DNA of 64,000 nucleotides from a virus: IMG/VR virus record IMGVR_UViG_3300047323_000673, positions 64,001 to 128,000 of that record; one strand, 5' to 3'. Shown piece by piece: positions 1 to 10,103 of this stretch (position 1 is its first letter; each line of letters starts with the position of its first letter). The notes under the pieces were generated by a model. It saw only the letters and a program-made list of their open reading frames with translations, ran no database searches and was not told where the DNA came from. The position numbers and the translations under genes were made by a program.

Positions 1-30
1 TAAGTAAGTTTGGTCTTTATTTGTATTCAT
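1..30 (-). CDS. 5' end of a gene running off the left edge (MNTNKDQTYL...)
   Basis: ATG at 30 on minus strand, open to window edge; TGtTATAAT extended -10 upstream (57-65). Confidence 0.3.
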   Translation of the reverse strand, partial: MNTNKDQTYL

Positions 31-81
31 AGTTTAGTGTAATTTATTATGTAAATATTATAACAATATTATTTTTTAATA

Positions 82-531
82 CTAGATTTTTAGTACTTTA
101 TTAGCACTTGAATTATTGTCTAGACTTTCTTGCAGTTCATAATATATCTTAGATTTTTCCATAACAGACTTCATATTGTGAAATGCATTGTCACTAATTT
201 CTTGTCCGTACATTTCTGCAAGACCTTCAAAGATATTATCCATATAAAAATTATACATTTTAATTATATGAGGATTTTGGGAGTGTTCTCTATCAATAAA
301 ATTTATGGATAATTTATTAAATATTTCATAGTTATTAACACATAATGCACCTAACATTTTAGACAATTCATTTAATCTAGAACCAAAATCTTCTTTAAAT
401 TTAAGATCATAGGTTATTTCATCTTTTAGTAATCGTCTTTCATCAATCGGAAGATTAGAAAGATATTCATTTATAGCTTGAGTTAATTCGCTTTTATTAT
501 GATCTAATTTTCTTTTATAACTAAAAAACAT
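82..531 (-). CDS. hypothetical protein with C-terminal K-x-K-[ILV] tag
   Basis: 149 aa ORF, GGAG SD, ends YELQESLDNNSSANKVLKI. Confidence 0.75.
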   Translation of the reverse strand: MFFSYKRKLDHNKSELTQAINEYLSNLPIDERRLLKDEITYDLKFKEDFGSRLNELSKMLGALCVNNYEIFNKLSINFIDREHSQNPHIIKMYNFYMDNIFEGLAEMYGQEISDNAFHNMKSVMEKSKIYYELQESLDNNSSANKVLKI

Positions 532-591
532 GTTCGCTCCAAATAGTATTTGGTTTATTTTAACATAGTATTAAGTAATTATGATTTAATT

Positions 592-619
592 TTTACTTAT
601 TTATTCCTTTTGTTATAAT
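592..619 (+). promoter_or_regulatory. sigma70-like promoter of DUF285 array
   Basis: TTTACT-16 nt-TATAAT with TGn extension; AAGGA SD before ATG 639. Confidence 0.55.
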
Positions 620-638
620 TTATTGAAGGAAATAAATA

Positions 639-1190
639 ATGATAATTATTACTAAATATATTAAAGAAAAGGTTCAAGAATTTTTTGGCATAAGAATTAT
701 AGCCAAAGATAAAGATCATTTAATGAGTTTAATTTCACGAGAAATCAAAAAAAATGGTTATGAATGCGATTTAAATCATATTGATGTTGCTCAAATTACA
801 GAGATGGAAGAGTTATTTCATGTTTCTGATCTTTTTAGATTTAATGGTAATATAAGTAAATGGGATGTTTCCAATGTGGAAGATATGCAAGGAATGTTTC
901 ATGAAACTAATTTCAACGGAGATATTAGTAAGTGGGATGTATCCAAAGTAAAAAATATGAGAGGAATGTTTTGGAAATCTAGTTTTAATAGAGACATAAG
1001 TCATTGGGATATATCAAAGGTGGAATATATGGAATTTATGTTTTCTGATTTAGCAGAGAATAAACCTTATTGGTTTAATTATGAAAATAAAGAAGAAAGA
1101 AATATCGCAATTGAAAGATATAAATTAGCTAAAGAGTTAGGTGAAGATTTAACTGAAAATAAAACTAGAGAAAAAAAATTAAAAATATGA
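639..1190 (+). CDS. DUF285/BspA-like repeat protein, tagged (3 repeats)
   Basis: 24-aa FNGDISxWDVSNVxxMxxMF repeats; N-cap IIAKDxxHL...CDLNHIDV; ends EKKLKI. Confidence 0.85.
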   Translation: MIIITKYIKEKVQEFFGIRIIAKDKDHLMSLISREIKKNGYECDLNHIDVAQITEMEELFHVSDLFRFNGNISKWDVSNVEDMQGMFHETNFNGDISKWDVSKVKNMRGMFWKSSFNRDISHWDISKVEYMEFMFSDLAENKPYWFNYENKEERNIAIERYKLAKELGEDLTENKTREKKLKI

Positions 1191-1903
1191 AGCCTATAAT
1201 TACTGCTATAAATAAGAAACATTTAAGAAAATTGATTAAGAATGAAATTGAATTAAATGGTGACAATTGTGATTTGAATCATATTGATGTTTCAAAAGTA
1301 GTAAGGATGAACGAATTATTCCGTTATTTTCCAAAATTTAATGGTGATATATCTAGGTGGGATGTATCTAATGTAGTTGATATGCGTGCTATGTTTAGTT
1401 ACTCTGAATTCGTCGGGAATATATCTAATTGGAATGTGTCTAATGTAGTTGAAATGATGGGAATGTTTAGTTTTTCTAAATTTAATGGAGATATTAGTAA
1501 ATGGGATACATCTAAAGTTGAGAGAATGGATAATATGTTTCATTCCTCACAATTCAATAATGATATATCTAATTGGAATGTTTCAAATGTAAAAATTATG
1601 ATAGGAGTATTCCAAAATTCTCAATTCAATGGGGAGATATCGAAATGGAATATTAGTAGTGTTGAGAATATAATGTGGATGTTTCGTTATTCTAAATTTA
1701 ATGGTGATTTATCTAATTGGAAGCCATATAAATTAGAAGATGTAACTCAAGCTTTTGAGAATTCTATAGCCACTATTCCATATTGGTTTAACTTTGATAA
1801 TGCAGAAAACAGAACGAAAGCTATTGATAGTTATTGGTTACAAAAAGAATTAAATAAAGAATTAAATATGAATGATGCCAAAGAGAAAAAAATAAAAATA
1901 TGA
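1187..1903 (+). CDS. DUF285/BspA-like repeat protein, tagged (6 repeats)
   Basis: same repeat and caps; ATGA overlap; ends EKKIKI. Confidence 0.85.
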   Translation: MKPIITAINKKHLRKLIKNEIELNGDNCDLNHIDVSKVVRMNELFRYFPKFNGDISRWDVSNVVDMRAMFSYSEFVGNISNWNVSNVVEMMGMFSFSKFNGDISKWDTSKVERMDNMFHSSQFNNDISNWNVSNVKIMIGVFQNSQFNGEISKWNISSVENIMWMFRYSKFNGDLSNWKPYKLEDVTQAFENSIATIPYWFNFDNAENRTKAIDSYWLQKELNKELNMNDAKEKKIKI

Positions 1904-2469
1904 AACCAACAATTATTGCTAAAGATAAAGATGATTTATTGGAATTGATCGCTAGAGAGATTAAAAAAAATGGAAATAAATGCGATTTAAACCATATAGA
2001 TGTTAGTCAAATTATGGACATGAGTTTTTTGTTTTATGAAACAGACTTTAATGGAGATATTAGTCAATGGGATGTTAGTAAGGTAGAAGACATGTATTCT
2101 ATATTTGAAAGATCAGAATTTAACGGTGACATCAGTAATTGGAATGTTAGTAAAGTTAAAAATATGAATAATGTATTTTTCAAAAGTGATTTTAATGGCG
2201 ATATCAGTAAATGGGATATAAGCAAAGTAGAGACTATGGAGTTAATGTTTTATGGAAGTGATTTTGATAAAGATTTAAGTGATTGGCGGCCGTATGCTTT
2301 TTTAGGAAGTATTCATTATTTATTGAGCGAAAAAATGCTAGTTCCTTATTGGGCAAAAATTGAAGATGAAGAAGAAAGAAAAAGAGCTATTGATAATTAT
2401 CATTTAAATAAAGAATTAAATGAGGATTTGAATAATAATAATGTGAATGAGAAAAAGTTAAAAATATGA
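1900..2469 (+). CDS. DUF285/BspA-like repeat protein, tagged (4 repeats)
   Basis: same repeat and caps; ATGA overlap; ends EKKLKI. Confidence 0.85.
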   Translation: MKPTIIAKDKDDLLELIAREIKKNGNKCDLNHIDVSQIMDMSFLFYETDFNGDISQWDVSKVEDMYSIFERSEFNGDISNWNVSKVKNMNNVFFKSDFNGDISKWDISKVETMELMFYGSDFDKDLSDWRPYAFLGSIHYLLSEKMLVPYWAKIEDEEERKRAIDNYHLNKELNEDLNNNNVNEKKLKI

Positions 2470-3059
2470 AGCCAATGATTATAGCAAAGGACAGAGAGCA
2501 CTTAAAAAAATTGATTGAAAAAGAAATTAATTTAAGTGGATTCGGATGTGATTTAAATCACATTGATGTTTCCAATGTTACGGAAATGAATCTTTTATTT
2601 TATTGTTCAAGTTTTGATGGTGATATATCCCAATGGGATGTTTCCAATGTTCATGATATGGAACACATGTTCGACAGATCTAAGTTTAATGGAGACATTA
2701 GTAAATGGAGTGTTTCTAAAGTAAGAAATATGGAAAATATGTTTTTTGGTTCTAAATTTAATGGTGACATTTCTAATTGGGATGTCAGTAAAGTAGAAAA
2801 TATGAATCATATTTTTCGTTTATCCATTTTTAATGGAGATTTGTCTAATTGGCGTCCATTAAATTTAGGATTTTGTAATGGTAGTATTTTGTTTTTGGAA
2901 TCAAAAACTTCTTTTTCTTTACCGTATTGGGCTGAAATTGAGAAAAAAGAAGAAAGAATAAAAGCAATTAATGATTTTCAGGAAAAAAAGACATTAAAAG
3001 AAGAATTAAGCCAGGAGTTAAATGCGAATAAAAATATTGAGAAGAAGCTAAAGATATGA
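2466..3059 (+). CDS. DUF285/BspA-like repeat protein, tagged (4 repeats)
   Basis: same repeat and caps; ATGA overlap; ends EKKLKI. Confidence 0.85.
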   Translation: MKPMIIAKDREHLKKLIEKEINLSGFGCDLNHIDVSNVTEMNLLFYCSSFDGDISQWDVSNVHDMEHMFDRSKFNGDISKWSVSKVRNMENMFFGSKFNGDISNWDVSKVENMNHIFRLSIFNGDLSNWRPLNLGFCNGSILFLESKTSFSLPYWAEIEKKEERIKAINDFQEKKTLKEELSQELNANKNIEKKLKI

Positions 3060-3841
3060 AATCCAAAATAATTGCTAAAGATAGGAGCCATTTACAAAAA
3101 TTAATAAAAGAAGAAATGGAATTAAATGGTAATGAATGCGATTTAAACCATATAGATGTTAGTAATGTTACAGATATGAGTAATTTATTTGCTCATCTTA
3201 AATTTAATGGAGACATATCACAGTGGGATGTATCAAATGTAAGAGATATGGAAGAGTTATTTTTTGAGTCAAGTTTTAATGGTGACATTAGTAAATGGGA
3301 TGTAACGAATGTTAAAGCAATGTATGGATTATTTGCATATTCAGAATTTGATGGTGATATTTCTCAGTGGGATGTAAGTAATGTTATAGATATGAAAAAT
3401 ATGTTTTTTAAAGCTGTTTTTAATGGTGACATTAGTAAATGGGATGTTTCCAATGTCACTAATATGGTTTCTATGTTTCAAAATTCTAAGTTTAATAAAG
3501 ATATAGGACAATGGAATGTAAGCAATACTATAGATATGGGTTTTATGTTTTATGAGTCAGAATTTAATCAGAGTATAAGTCAATGGGATGTGTCTAATGT
3601 TGAGAATATGAATTGTCTGTTTTTTCGTTCTAAGTTTAATGGTGACATTTCTAATTGGAAGCCATGTAATTTAAAAATGATGACGAACTTTTTTAGTGAG
3701 AATGCAAAACAAATTCCATATTGGGCTAAATTTCAAGATAAAGTAGAGAGAGACAATGCAATTGAAAAATATTGGTTACAGAAAGAATTAAACCAGGATT
3801 TGAGTAAAAATAAAAATAATGAAAAGAAGCTAAAAATATGA
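3056..3841 (+). CDS. DUF285/BspA-like repeat protein, tagged (7 repeats)
   Basis: same repeat and caps; ATGA overlap; ends EKKLKI. Confidence 0.85.
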   Translation: MKSKIIAKDRSHLQKLIKEEMELNGNECDLNHIDVSNVTDMSNLFAHLKFNGDISQWDVSNVRDMEELFFESSFNGDISKWDVTNVKAMYGLFAYSEFDGDISQWDVSNVIDMKNMFFKAVFNGDISKWDVSNVTNMVSMFQNSKFNKDIGQWNVSNTIDMGFMFYESEFNQSISQWDVSNVENMNCLFFRSKFNGDISNWKPCNLKMMTNFFSENAKQIPYWAKFQDKVERDNAIEKYWLQKELNQDLSKNKNNEKKLKI

Positions 3842-4479
3842 AGAATAAAATTGTAGCTCAAGATACGAAGCATTTAAAAAAATTAATTGCACAAGAAATT
3901 AAATTAAATGGGAATCAATGTGATTTAAACCATATTGATGTTTCACAAATTACAAATATGCGTAAAATTTTTTCTAATTCTAAATTTAATGGTGATATCA
4001 GTCAATGGGATGTTAGCAATGTTACTGATATGTCTGAAATGTTTGAGTGTTCTAAGTTTAATGGAGATATTAGTAAATGGAATGTTTTCAAGGTTAAGGA
4101 TATGAAATATATGTTTTATGAATCAATATTTAACGGTGATATTAGCCAGTGGAATACTTTTAATGTTAAAAATATGATGCGTATGTTTAAGGATTCAAAA
4201 TTTAATGGAGATATCAGCCAATGGAATGTTAGTAATGTTATTGATATGGATTTCATGTTCTCTGATTGTGATTTTAACAAAGATATAACTAATTGGAAGC
4301 CATACTCTTTTTCAGGTACTATAGAGTATTTTACTAGCAAAGAAATGGTAATTCCATATTGGGCTAAATTTGCAGATAGAGAGAAGAGAAATTTAGCTAT
4401 TGAAAAATATTGGTTAAAGAAAGAATTAAACCAGGATTTGAGTAAAAGTAAAAATAATGAAAAGAAGTTAAAGATATGA
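3838..4479 (+). CDS. DUF285/BspA-like repeat protein, tagged (5 repeats)
   Basis: same repeat and caps; ATGA overlap; ends EKKLKI. Confidence 0.85.
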   Translation: MKNKIVAQDTKHLKKLIAQEIKLNGNQCDLNHIDVSQITNMRKIFSNSKFNGDISQWDVSNVTDMSEMFECSKFNGDISKWNVFKVKDMKYMFYESIFNGDISQWNTFNVKNMMRMFKDSKFNGDISQWNVSNVIDMDFMFSDCDFNKDITNWKPYSFSGTIEYFTSKEMVIPYWAKFADREKRNLAIEKYWLKKELNQDLSKSKNNEKKLKI

Positions 4480-4973
4480 AAAAAATTATTATTGCCAAAG
4501 ATAGAAATCATTTAAAAAAATTGGTTGAACAAGAAATGGATTTTCATGGGCATAAATGTGATTTGAATCATATAGATGTTTCAAATATTAAAGACTTTAG
4601 TGAGGTATTTAAAAATTCAGAATTTAATGGAGACATCAGCAAATGGGATGTATCAAATGCCAAAACAATGAGTCATATGTTTTTGTATTCTGGATTTAAT
4701 GGGGATATTAGTAATTGGGATGTTCGTAATGTAAATAATATCGCTTTTATGTTTGCTAATTCAAATTTTAATAAAGATATATCTAAATGGAAGCCTGAAA
4801 ATCTGACATTTTTTTATGAGTTTATGGCACATTGTTCTGCACCTATTCCATATTGGTCAAAATTTTATAATTTAGAGGATAGAAAGATAGCTATGGAAAG
4901 ATATACTTTAAATGAAGAATTAACTCAAAACTTAGAAGAAAACAGTAGTTTAAAGAAAAAATTAAAAATATGA
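4476..4973 (+). CDS. DUF285/BspA-like repeat protein, tagged (3 repeats)
   Basis: same repeat and caps; ATGA overlap; ends KKKLKI. Confidence 0.85.
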   Translation: MKKIIIAKDRNHLKKLVEQEMDFHGHKCDLNHIDVSNIKDFSEVFKNSEFNGDISKWDVSNAKTMSHMFLYSGFNGDISNWDVRNVNNIAFMFANSNFNKDISKWKPENLTFFYEFMAHCSAPIPYWSKFYNLEDRKIAMERYTLNEELTQNLEENSSLKKKLKI

Positions 4974-5476
4974 AGGCCACAATTATAGCTGAGAATAGAG
5001 ATGACTTAAGAAGAATAATAAAAGAACAGATTAATTTATATGGTCTGGAATGTGATTTGAATCATGTTGATGTATCTCAAATTACAGATATGAGTTTTAT
5101 ATTTTCCGTATCTCATTTTAATAACGATATTTCCCGATGGAATGTTTCTAATGTTAAGGAAATGGCAGGTATGTTTAGTGAATCTGCTTTTAATGGTGAT
5201 ATTTCTCAATGGGATGTATCTAAGGTTGAATGCATGCAGGCTATGTTTTCCAGTGCAAAATTCGATAAGGATATAAGTAATTGGACACCTTTCAAATTAG
5301 AAGAGGTGAGAGGTATGTTTTATAATTCAAGAACTCCTATTCCATATTGGGCTGAATGTAAAAATTTTGAAAGAGAAAAACTTATAAAAAAATATCAATT
5401 CGCTAAAGAACTAAATAATGAGTTAGCTCACGAATTGAATGAAAACAAAAATAATGAAAGTAAGTTAAAAATATGA
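4970..5476 (+). CDS. DUF285/BspA-like repeat protein, tagged (3 repeats)
   Basis: same repeat and caps; ATGA overlap; ends ESKLKI. Confidence 0.85.
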   Translation: MKATIIAENRDDLRRIIKEQINLYGLECDLNHVDVSQITDMSFIFSVSHFNNDISRWNVSNVKEMAGMFSESAFNGDISQWDVSKVECMQAMFSSAKFDKDISNWTPFKLEEVRGMFYNSRTPIPYWAECKNFEREKLIKKYQFAKELNNELAHELNENKNNESKLKI

Positions 5477-6123
5477 AGCCAATAATTATTGCCGAAGATA
5501 CTCTTCACTTACAAGAATTAATTAAAGAAGAAATTAAATTAAATGGAAATCAATGCGATTTAAATCATATAGATGTGTCAAAAATTAAGGACATGAGTTG
5601 TTTATTTTTTAATAATGGTATGAATAAATTAGAATTCAATGGTGATATCTCAAAATGGGATGTGTCAAATGTTGGGAACATGTCAAATATGTTTCAAGAA
5701 TCAGTTTTTAATGGAGACATTAGTAAATGGAGTACTTCAAAAGTAAAACATATGGCATTTATGTTTTCTGATGCCAAATTTAATGGGGATATAAGTAATT
5801 GGAATGTAAGTAATGTGATAAATATGACTGCTATGTTTTATTGTTCTATGTTTGATGGTGATATTAATAATTGGGATGTCAGTAATGTTAAATTAATGTT
5901 GGATATTTTCAATGAATCAAAATTTAGTAAAGATTTATCACAATGGAAACCATATAATTTAGACAAAGTAAGATTTAAGGCAGATATAGCTCCAACTCCA
6001 TATTGGGTCAATTTTAATGATAAAGAAAAAAGAAGAATGGCCATTGATAATTATTGGTTAAATAAAGAATTAAATAAAGATTTAAATTTAAATGATTATA
6101 AAGAAAAGAAATTAAAAATATGA
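5473..6123 (+). CDS. DUF285/BspA-like repeat protein, tagged (5 repeats)
   Basis: same repeat and caps; ATGA overlap; ends EKKLKI. Confidence 0.85.
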   Translation: MKPIIIAEDTLHLQELIKEEIKLNGNQCDLNHIDVSKIKDMSCLFFNNGMNKLEFNGDISKWDVSNVGNMSNMFQESVFNGDISKWSTSKVKHMAFMFSDAKFNGDISNWNVSNVINMTAMFYCSMFDGDINNWDVSNVKLMLDIFNESKFSKDLSQWKPYNLDKVRFKADIAPTPYWVNFNDKEKRRMAIDNYWLNKELNKDLNLNDYKEKKLKI

Positions 6124-6689
6124 ATACAACAATTATAGCTAAAAACTTAAATCATTTAGTAGAATTAATAGATAATGAAATTTCTCTACATGGTTTTAAT
6201 TGTAATTTAAATAATATAGATGTATCCAATATTACTGATATGGGTTTTCTATTTTGTGAATCAGAGTTTAATGGTAACATTAGTCAATGGGATGTATCAA
6301 ATGTTCAAGATATGAACCTAATGTTTGAAAAATCTAAATTTAATGGAGATATTAGTAAATGGAATACATCTAATGTAACAACAATGAGTTATATGTTTTC
6401 TAATGCAGAATTTAATTGTGATATCTCTAATTGGGATGTATCTAATGTTAAAAATATGTCAGGAATGTTTGAACATTCAAAATTTAAGCAAGATATTTCA
6501 AATTGGCGACCATATGAGTTGAATATCTATCATTATATATTTCAGGATAGTTGTGTATCAATTCCTTATTGGTTTAATTATGAAGATATAGATGAAAGAA
6601 AAATTGCAATTGATACTTATCATTTACAAAAAGAGTTGGAAAATGAATTAGACAAAAATCAAGTGATTAGTAAAATATCAAAACTTTAA
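6120..6689 (+). CDS. DUF285/BspA-like repeat protein, tagged (4 repeats)
   Basis: same repeat and caps; last of array; ends SKISKL. Confidence 0.85.
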   Translation: MNTTIIAKNLNHLVELIDNEISLHGFNCNLNNIDVSNITDMGFLFCESEFNGNISQWDVSNVQDMNLMFEKSKFNGDISKWNTSNVTTMSYMFSNAEFNCDISNWDVSNVKNMSGMFEHSKFKQDISNWRPYELNIYHYIFQDSCVSIPYWFNYEDIDERKIAIDTYHLQKELENELDKNQVISKISKL

Positions 6690-6793
6690 TGTTTACAATA
6701 GCTGTACCTTATTCCAAATTTGTATTATAATAGATAATAATTAGTATTGAAGAATAAATGGTCTTTTTTAGTCGCGGTATACAGGAGTAATTC

Positions 6794-7024
6794 ATGGCAC
6801 ATAAATTTTCAAATGTTGTTGTTAATTGTATGTTTTTTGTTGCATTTATAGGATTTTTTATGATTGGAAGCATGAATGCTAATAAGGATAAAGAAGAATA
6901 TAATTCTAAAAAAATAAAATCACTAATTGTAACTGAAGTGAAGCAACCTATTAAAATGCCAGAAGATAAGAGAAAAGTTAATGATGCAAGAATTTTAGCT
7001 GCCATTATGAATATTGCAGGATAA
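6794..7024 (+). CDS. small single-pass membrane protein, untagged
   Basis: AGGAG SD; hydrophobic VVVNCMFFVAFIGFFMIG; followed by terminator. Confidence 0.6.
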   Translation: MAHKFSNVVVNCMFFVAFIGFFMIGSMNANKDKEEYNSKKIKSLIVTEVKQPIKMPEDKRKVNDARILAAIMNIAG

Positions 7025-7035
7025 ATAGATGAATT

Positions 7036-7066
7036 AAAGAAAAGCCCCATAAGGGGCTTTCTTTTT
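7036..7066. terminator. bidirectional intrinsic terminator
   Basis: AAAGAAAAGCCCC-ATAA-GGGGCTTTCTTTT between convergent genes. Confidence 0.8.
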
Positions 7067-7086
7067 ACTATTTTTGAATAAAATAA

Positions 7087-7383
7087 TTATTTAATTTTAT
7101 TGCTTTTATTATTTTTCTTTTCCGATTTTTCTCTAATTTTAGAGATATTGTCTTGTATGTCATCCATAAGAATTATATTTTCAGGAAGTTTATTTTTATC
7201 AACATTTGGTCCTTTATAGTTAACAAGTTTTGCATCTCTAGGAAGATCATCCATAAGAGTTATATTCTCAGGAAGTTTATTTTTATCAACATTTGGTCCT
7301 TTATAGTTAACAAGTTCTGCATCTCCAGGAAGATCATCCATAAGAATTATATTTTCAGGAAGTTTGGTTTTATTTTGAGCCAT
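7087..7383 (-). CDS. small protein with 29-aa tandem repeats and basic C-terminus
   Basis: AAGGA SD; KLPENIxLMDDLPxDAxLVNYKGPNVDKN x2.4; ends KKNNKSNKIK. Confidence 0.65.
   Translation of the reverse strand: MAQNKTKLPENIILMDDLPGDAELVNYKGPNVDKNKLPENITLMDDLPRDAKLVNYKGPNVDKNKLPENIILMDDIQDNISKIREKSEKKNNKSNKIK
7161..7365. repeat. 87-bp intragenic tandem repeat, about 2.4 copies
   Basis: CATCCATAAG recurs at 7161, 7248 and 7335 with near-identical intervening sequence. Confidence 0.9.
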
Positions 7384-7410
7384 AATTATCCTTAAGTAAT
7401 AGTTATATAT

Positions 7411-7438
7411 ATTGTATATTATTAATTTTAAAAGTAAA
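7411..7438 (-). promoter_or_regulatory. sigma70-like promoter
   Basis: TTTACT-16 nt-TACAAT upstream of ATG 7383. Confidence 0.45.
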
Positions 7439-7525
7439 TAAATTTAAATTTCATATTATAAAACAATATATAATGAATGATTTTTCATAGTTGGTAGTAA
7501 TATTGCTTTTAAACATGACTTACTA

Positions 7526-8620
7526 TTAAATTTTCATCTTGTTTTTAAGCTGTGGACTTTCATCTAAATCATATCCTTTGGCAAGTTTATCTTTTAATAA
7601 ACCAAGATATACCTCTTGAGCTTCCTTCATATTGTCTGTAGAAATTTGAGTGTCAGTTGTCATTTTTTTGCCAATAGAACCATAAGAAGTAACAACACGC
7701 CAAAGATTATTTTCTTCTTTAAAATAAATATTATATTCTTTGTTTGACCCTTCATAAATATAAGTTAAGCGAGTATGAGTATCAACTGTTGGTTTTTCTA
7801 AACCATTAATTAAACGATATTTTTTGATTTTTTTAGCAAAAGCTTCATTTAATTCATCTGGTTCTTCATCATGATTGCCATCAGTTTCATGTGCATTAAG
7901 AAGAGAACAATATAAATGTTCTGCTAAACTTAAAAGTAAGTCATTATGTTTAGATGTAATTGATTTGCCATTTACATCAATTGGGTAGTCATCTACATCA
8001 CCTAAATCATCAAGGTCAATTTCCATCGCTGGATTTTTAATTTTTTTCAATAATTTAGCAACATAAGGTTGAAGAAATTCATGAGCAAGTCTGTCATCTA
8101 TTGTTGCACCAAATTCATAAGAAATAACATCTTTAGCTTTTATATCTGCAATAGAACGAATTTGCTGATAGTCTGTATCGACATAAGAAATAATTAAAGA
8201 ATTTCCATCATCAAAATTCCAACGAACAATAGGGCTAACTGACATATCAGCAGCTTCATCAGTTAAATTTGCAAAAGGAAGTGTGCCAACATGATTTAGG
8301 TAGACTTCTTCAGCTTTTTTATGGATTTCATCTAATTGCTCAGATTTTCCAAACCATAAAACTCCACTATTATGGTCTGAGCCATATAGTCCCCAAGGAT
8401 CTTTGTTTTCTATTTGAAGCCAATAGATAGGGCTGGCATCATCTTGAAGGGTTACATTGTCACCTGGTTTATAATTATTGCTTTCTTCTAAATAGGTAAT
8501 AGCTGTTGGTTGAACAGTAAATTCAAAATTAGAATTAACAATATCTGCCGATACATAAACCATAGGTTTTTTATCTGAAGAGAGTAAATTTTTTATTTGT
8601 TTTATATGTAGAGTAGTCAT
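7526..8620 (-). CDS. protein with C-terminal WGR-like domain, tagged
   Basis: SNKEYNIY...WRVVTSYGSIGK...AQEVYLGLLKDKLAKGY matches the WGR domain pattern; ends KNKMKI. Confidence 0.7.
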   Translation of the reverse strand: MTTLHIKQIKNLLSSDKKPMVYVSADIVNSNFEFTVQPTAITYLEESNNYKPGDNVTLQDDASPIYWLQIENKDPWGLYGSDHNSGVLWFGKSEQLDEIHKKAEEVYLNHVGTLPFANLTDEAADMSVSPIVRWNFDDGNSLIISYVDTDYQQIRSIADIKAKDVISYEFGATIDDRLAHEFLQPYVAKLLKKIKNPAMEIDLDDLGDVDDYPIDVNGKSITSKHNDLLLSLAEHLYCSLLNAHETDGNHDEEPDELNEAFAKKIKKYRLINGLEKPTVDTHTRLTYIYEGSNKEYNIYFKEENNLWRVVTSYGSIGKKMTTDTQISTDNMKEAQEVYLGLLKDKLAKGYDLDESPQLKNKMKI

Positions 8621-8645
8621 AAGTAATTTTATTGTTTATTCATAA

Positions 8646-8673
8646 ATAATAACAAAAAATATGGTTAATTCAA
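8646..8673 (-). promoter_or_regulatory. sigma70-like promoter
   Basis: TTGAAT-16 nt-TATTAT with TGn extension upstream of ATG 8620. Confidence 0.5.
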
Positions 8674-8691
8674 TTTTTTTGTTATTAAAAG

Positions 8692-8719
8692 AAAAAAGCC
8701 TTAAATTATTAAGGCTTTT
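8692..8719 (-). terminator. intrinsic terminator
   Basis: AAAAGCCTTAA-ATTA-TTAAGGCTTTT; U-tract on minus strand after gene 8737..9186. Confidence 0.65.
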
Positions 8720-8736
8720 ATAGATATAATTAATTT

Positions 8737-9186
8737 TTATTTAAGTTTTGAATGATCGAATTCATCAAAAACAATTTTAGCTTTTGCTAGTTGCATTTTA
8801 CCGTTTAGAAAATATTTTTTCCACAAGTCCCCACCTTCTTCACCTTCGCCATTTAAAGTAAATAACCAGTTAGGATATTTGGTAGAAAATTGCAGTAATT
8901 CATCTTCATGCTCATACCATTTGCAAGAATCACTAGGTGTCCCCTTTTTGGTTAAGGCATGTTTGGCATTATCATAAGTTTCTCTAAGTTTTTCAATAAT
9001 ATGGGAGTCTGTAACGGTTACTTTCCCGCCATTTTTTAGAGCATCAAGCTTTGAAAGTAATTCTTCTTTATCTACTGAATTAGCATTAGATATTTGTTCA
9101 ATAAGTGACTCAATAGTAACATTATCTGTTTCAGTAGATTTATTAATAGCTTCCACTTTTAATTCATAACTGGTGTAATATCCCAT
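8737..9186 (-). CDS. phage-type hypothetical protein, untagged
   Basis: GGAG SD; MGYYTSY...CKWYEHE...FTLNGEGEEGGDLWKKYFLNGK resembles a family I recall from large phages. Confidence 0.7.
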   Translation of the reverse strand: MGYYTSYELKVEAINKSTETDNVTIESLIEQISNANSVDKEELLSKLDALKNGGKVTVTDSHIIEKLRETYDNAKHALTKKGTPSDSCKWYEHEDELLQFSTKYPNWLFTLNGEGEEGGDLWKKYFLNGKMQLAKAKIVFDEFDHSKLK

Positions 9187-9262
9187 GAATTCTCCATTTA
9201 ATTTATTAAAAAGTAATTATAACATAAAAGTTGTTATTTTTCATATTAAAAATTCTAAAAAA

Positions 9263-9925
9263 TTAAGTTATTGAAGACTTATTAGTTTTACGATAATGTT
9301 TAAACTTATTAATTTGCTTCTTCAGAATATATTGAGCTAATTCTTGATTTTTCATTTTCAAACAAATATCCATTACTTGAATTCCTTTTTCATTTATATC
9401 AAAAGGGTTAGCTCCTAAGTCTAATAATTTTTTTGCTGCCAATGTACTATTATGCATACAAGCACAAACTAAAGGAGTCCATCCTAAAGGAATTCCTTTA
9501 TTAGTATCTATACCTTCTAATTCATAAATGGCATTAATATTTGCTCCATGCTTAAACAAAATTTCTATGGATAAATCTTTATCATTAACTGCGGCCATAT
9601 GAATAGGAAGATAACCACCTTTCGGCATGTTAGCACGAACACTTCCACCAAATTGCAATAAAGTATCAAGAAATAATATATTACCATTTCCTGCACATTG
9701 TGTAACTAAGTGTTCTCCAATTTTTACTTTTTTATCAATATTAGGATCTGCTCCTAAATAAAGGGCTAGTTTAAACCCAACATAGTTAAATGTTTTCATA
9801 CTTTTAATCAAAAGATTGTTTAGTTTATCTTTAAAATATTTATTTAATATACTATTTAAAAAAATTGGTTCATTAGGAAGTAACTTTATCAAATAAACTA
9901 AAAACTTATTTCGTGTAATACTCAT
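9263..9925 (-). CDS. canonical ankyrin-repeat protein, untagged
   Basis: AAGGAG SD; GGYLPIHMAA..., HGANIN, GWTPLVCAC..., LGANP canonical ankyrin motifs. Confidence 0.8.
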   Translation of the reverse strand: MSITRNKFLVYLIKLLPNEPIFLNSILNKYFKDKLNNLLIKSMKTFNYVGFKLALYLGADPNIDKKVKIGEHLVTQCAGNGNILFLDTLLQFGGSVRANMPKGGYLPIHMAAVNDKDLSIEILFKHGANINAIYELEGIDTNKGIPLGWTPLVCACMHNSTLAAKKLLDLGANPFDINEKGIQVMDICLKMKNQELAQYILKKQINKFKHYRKTNKSSIT

Positions 9926-10050
9926 AAATTTCTCCTTAAATAAAATTGTTTTTTATATCAAAGAGTTATGACTTATTTTTATAAAAAAAGTTTAAATTAA
10001 TTAAATATTTGTTTTCATCAATGAAATTAAAGTTTTAGGTATTCTAATGA

Positions 10051-10079
10051 TTGCCATATTTTAAAATATTATATATAGT
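10051..10079 (+). promoter_or_regulatory. sigma70-like promoter
   Basis: TTGCCA-17 nt-TATAGT upstream of ATG 10104. Confidence 0.5.
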
Positions 10080-10103
10080 GAATAAATTTTATAAACAATA
10101 ATT

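Noticed and set aside
3761-4479. Diversity-generating retroelement TR/VR pair
   Set aside because: The four mismatches are not adenine-specific on one template (one is C/T and directions are mixed), and no reverse transcriptase is in the window.
639-6689. Annotation of DUF285 genes as BspA-type surface proteins
   Set aside because: No signal peptide, lipobox, TM segment or wall anchor; only the repeat is shared.
7161-7365. CRISPR array
   Set aside because: Contiguous 87-bp in-frame coding repeats without unique spacers; no cas genes. No CRISPR array seen elsewhere.
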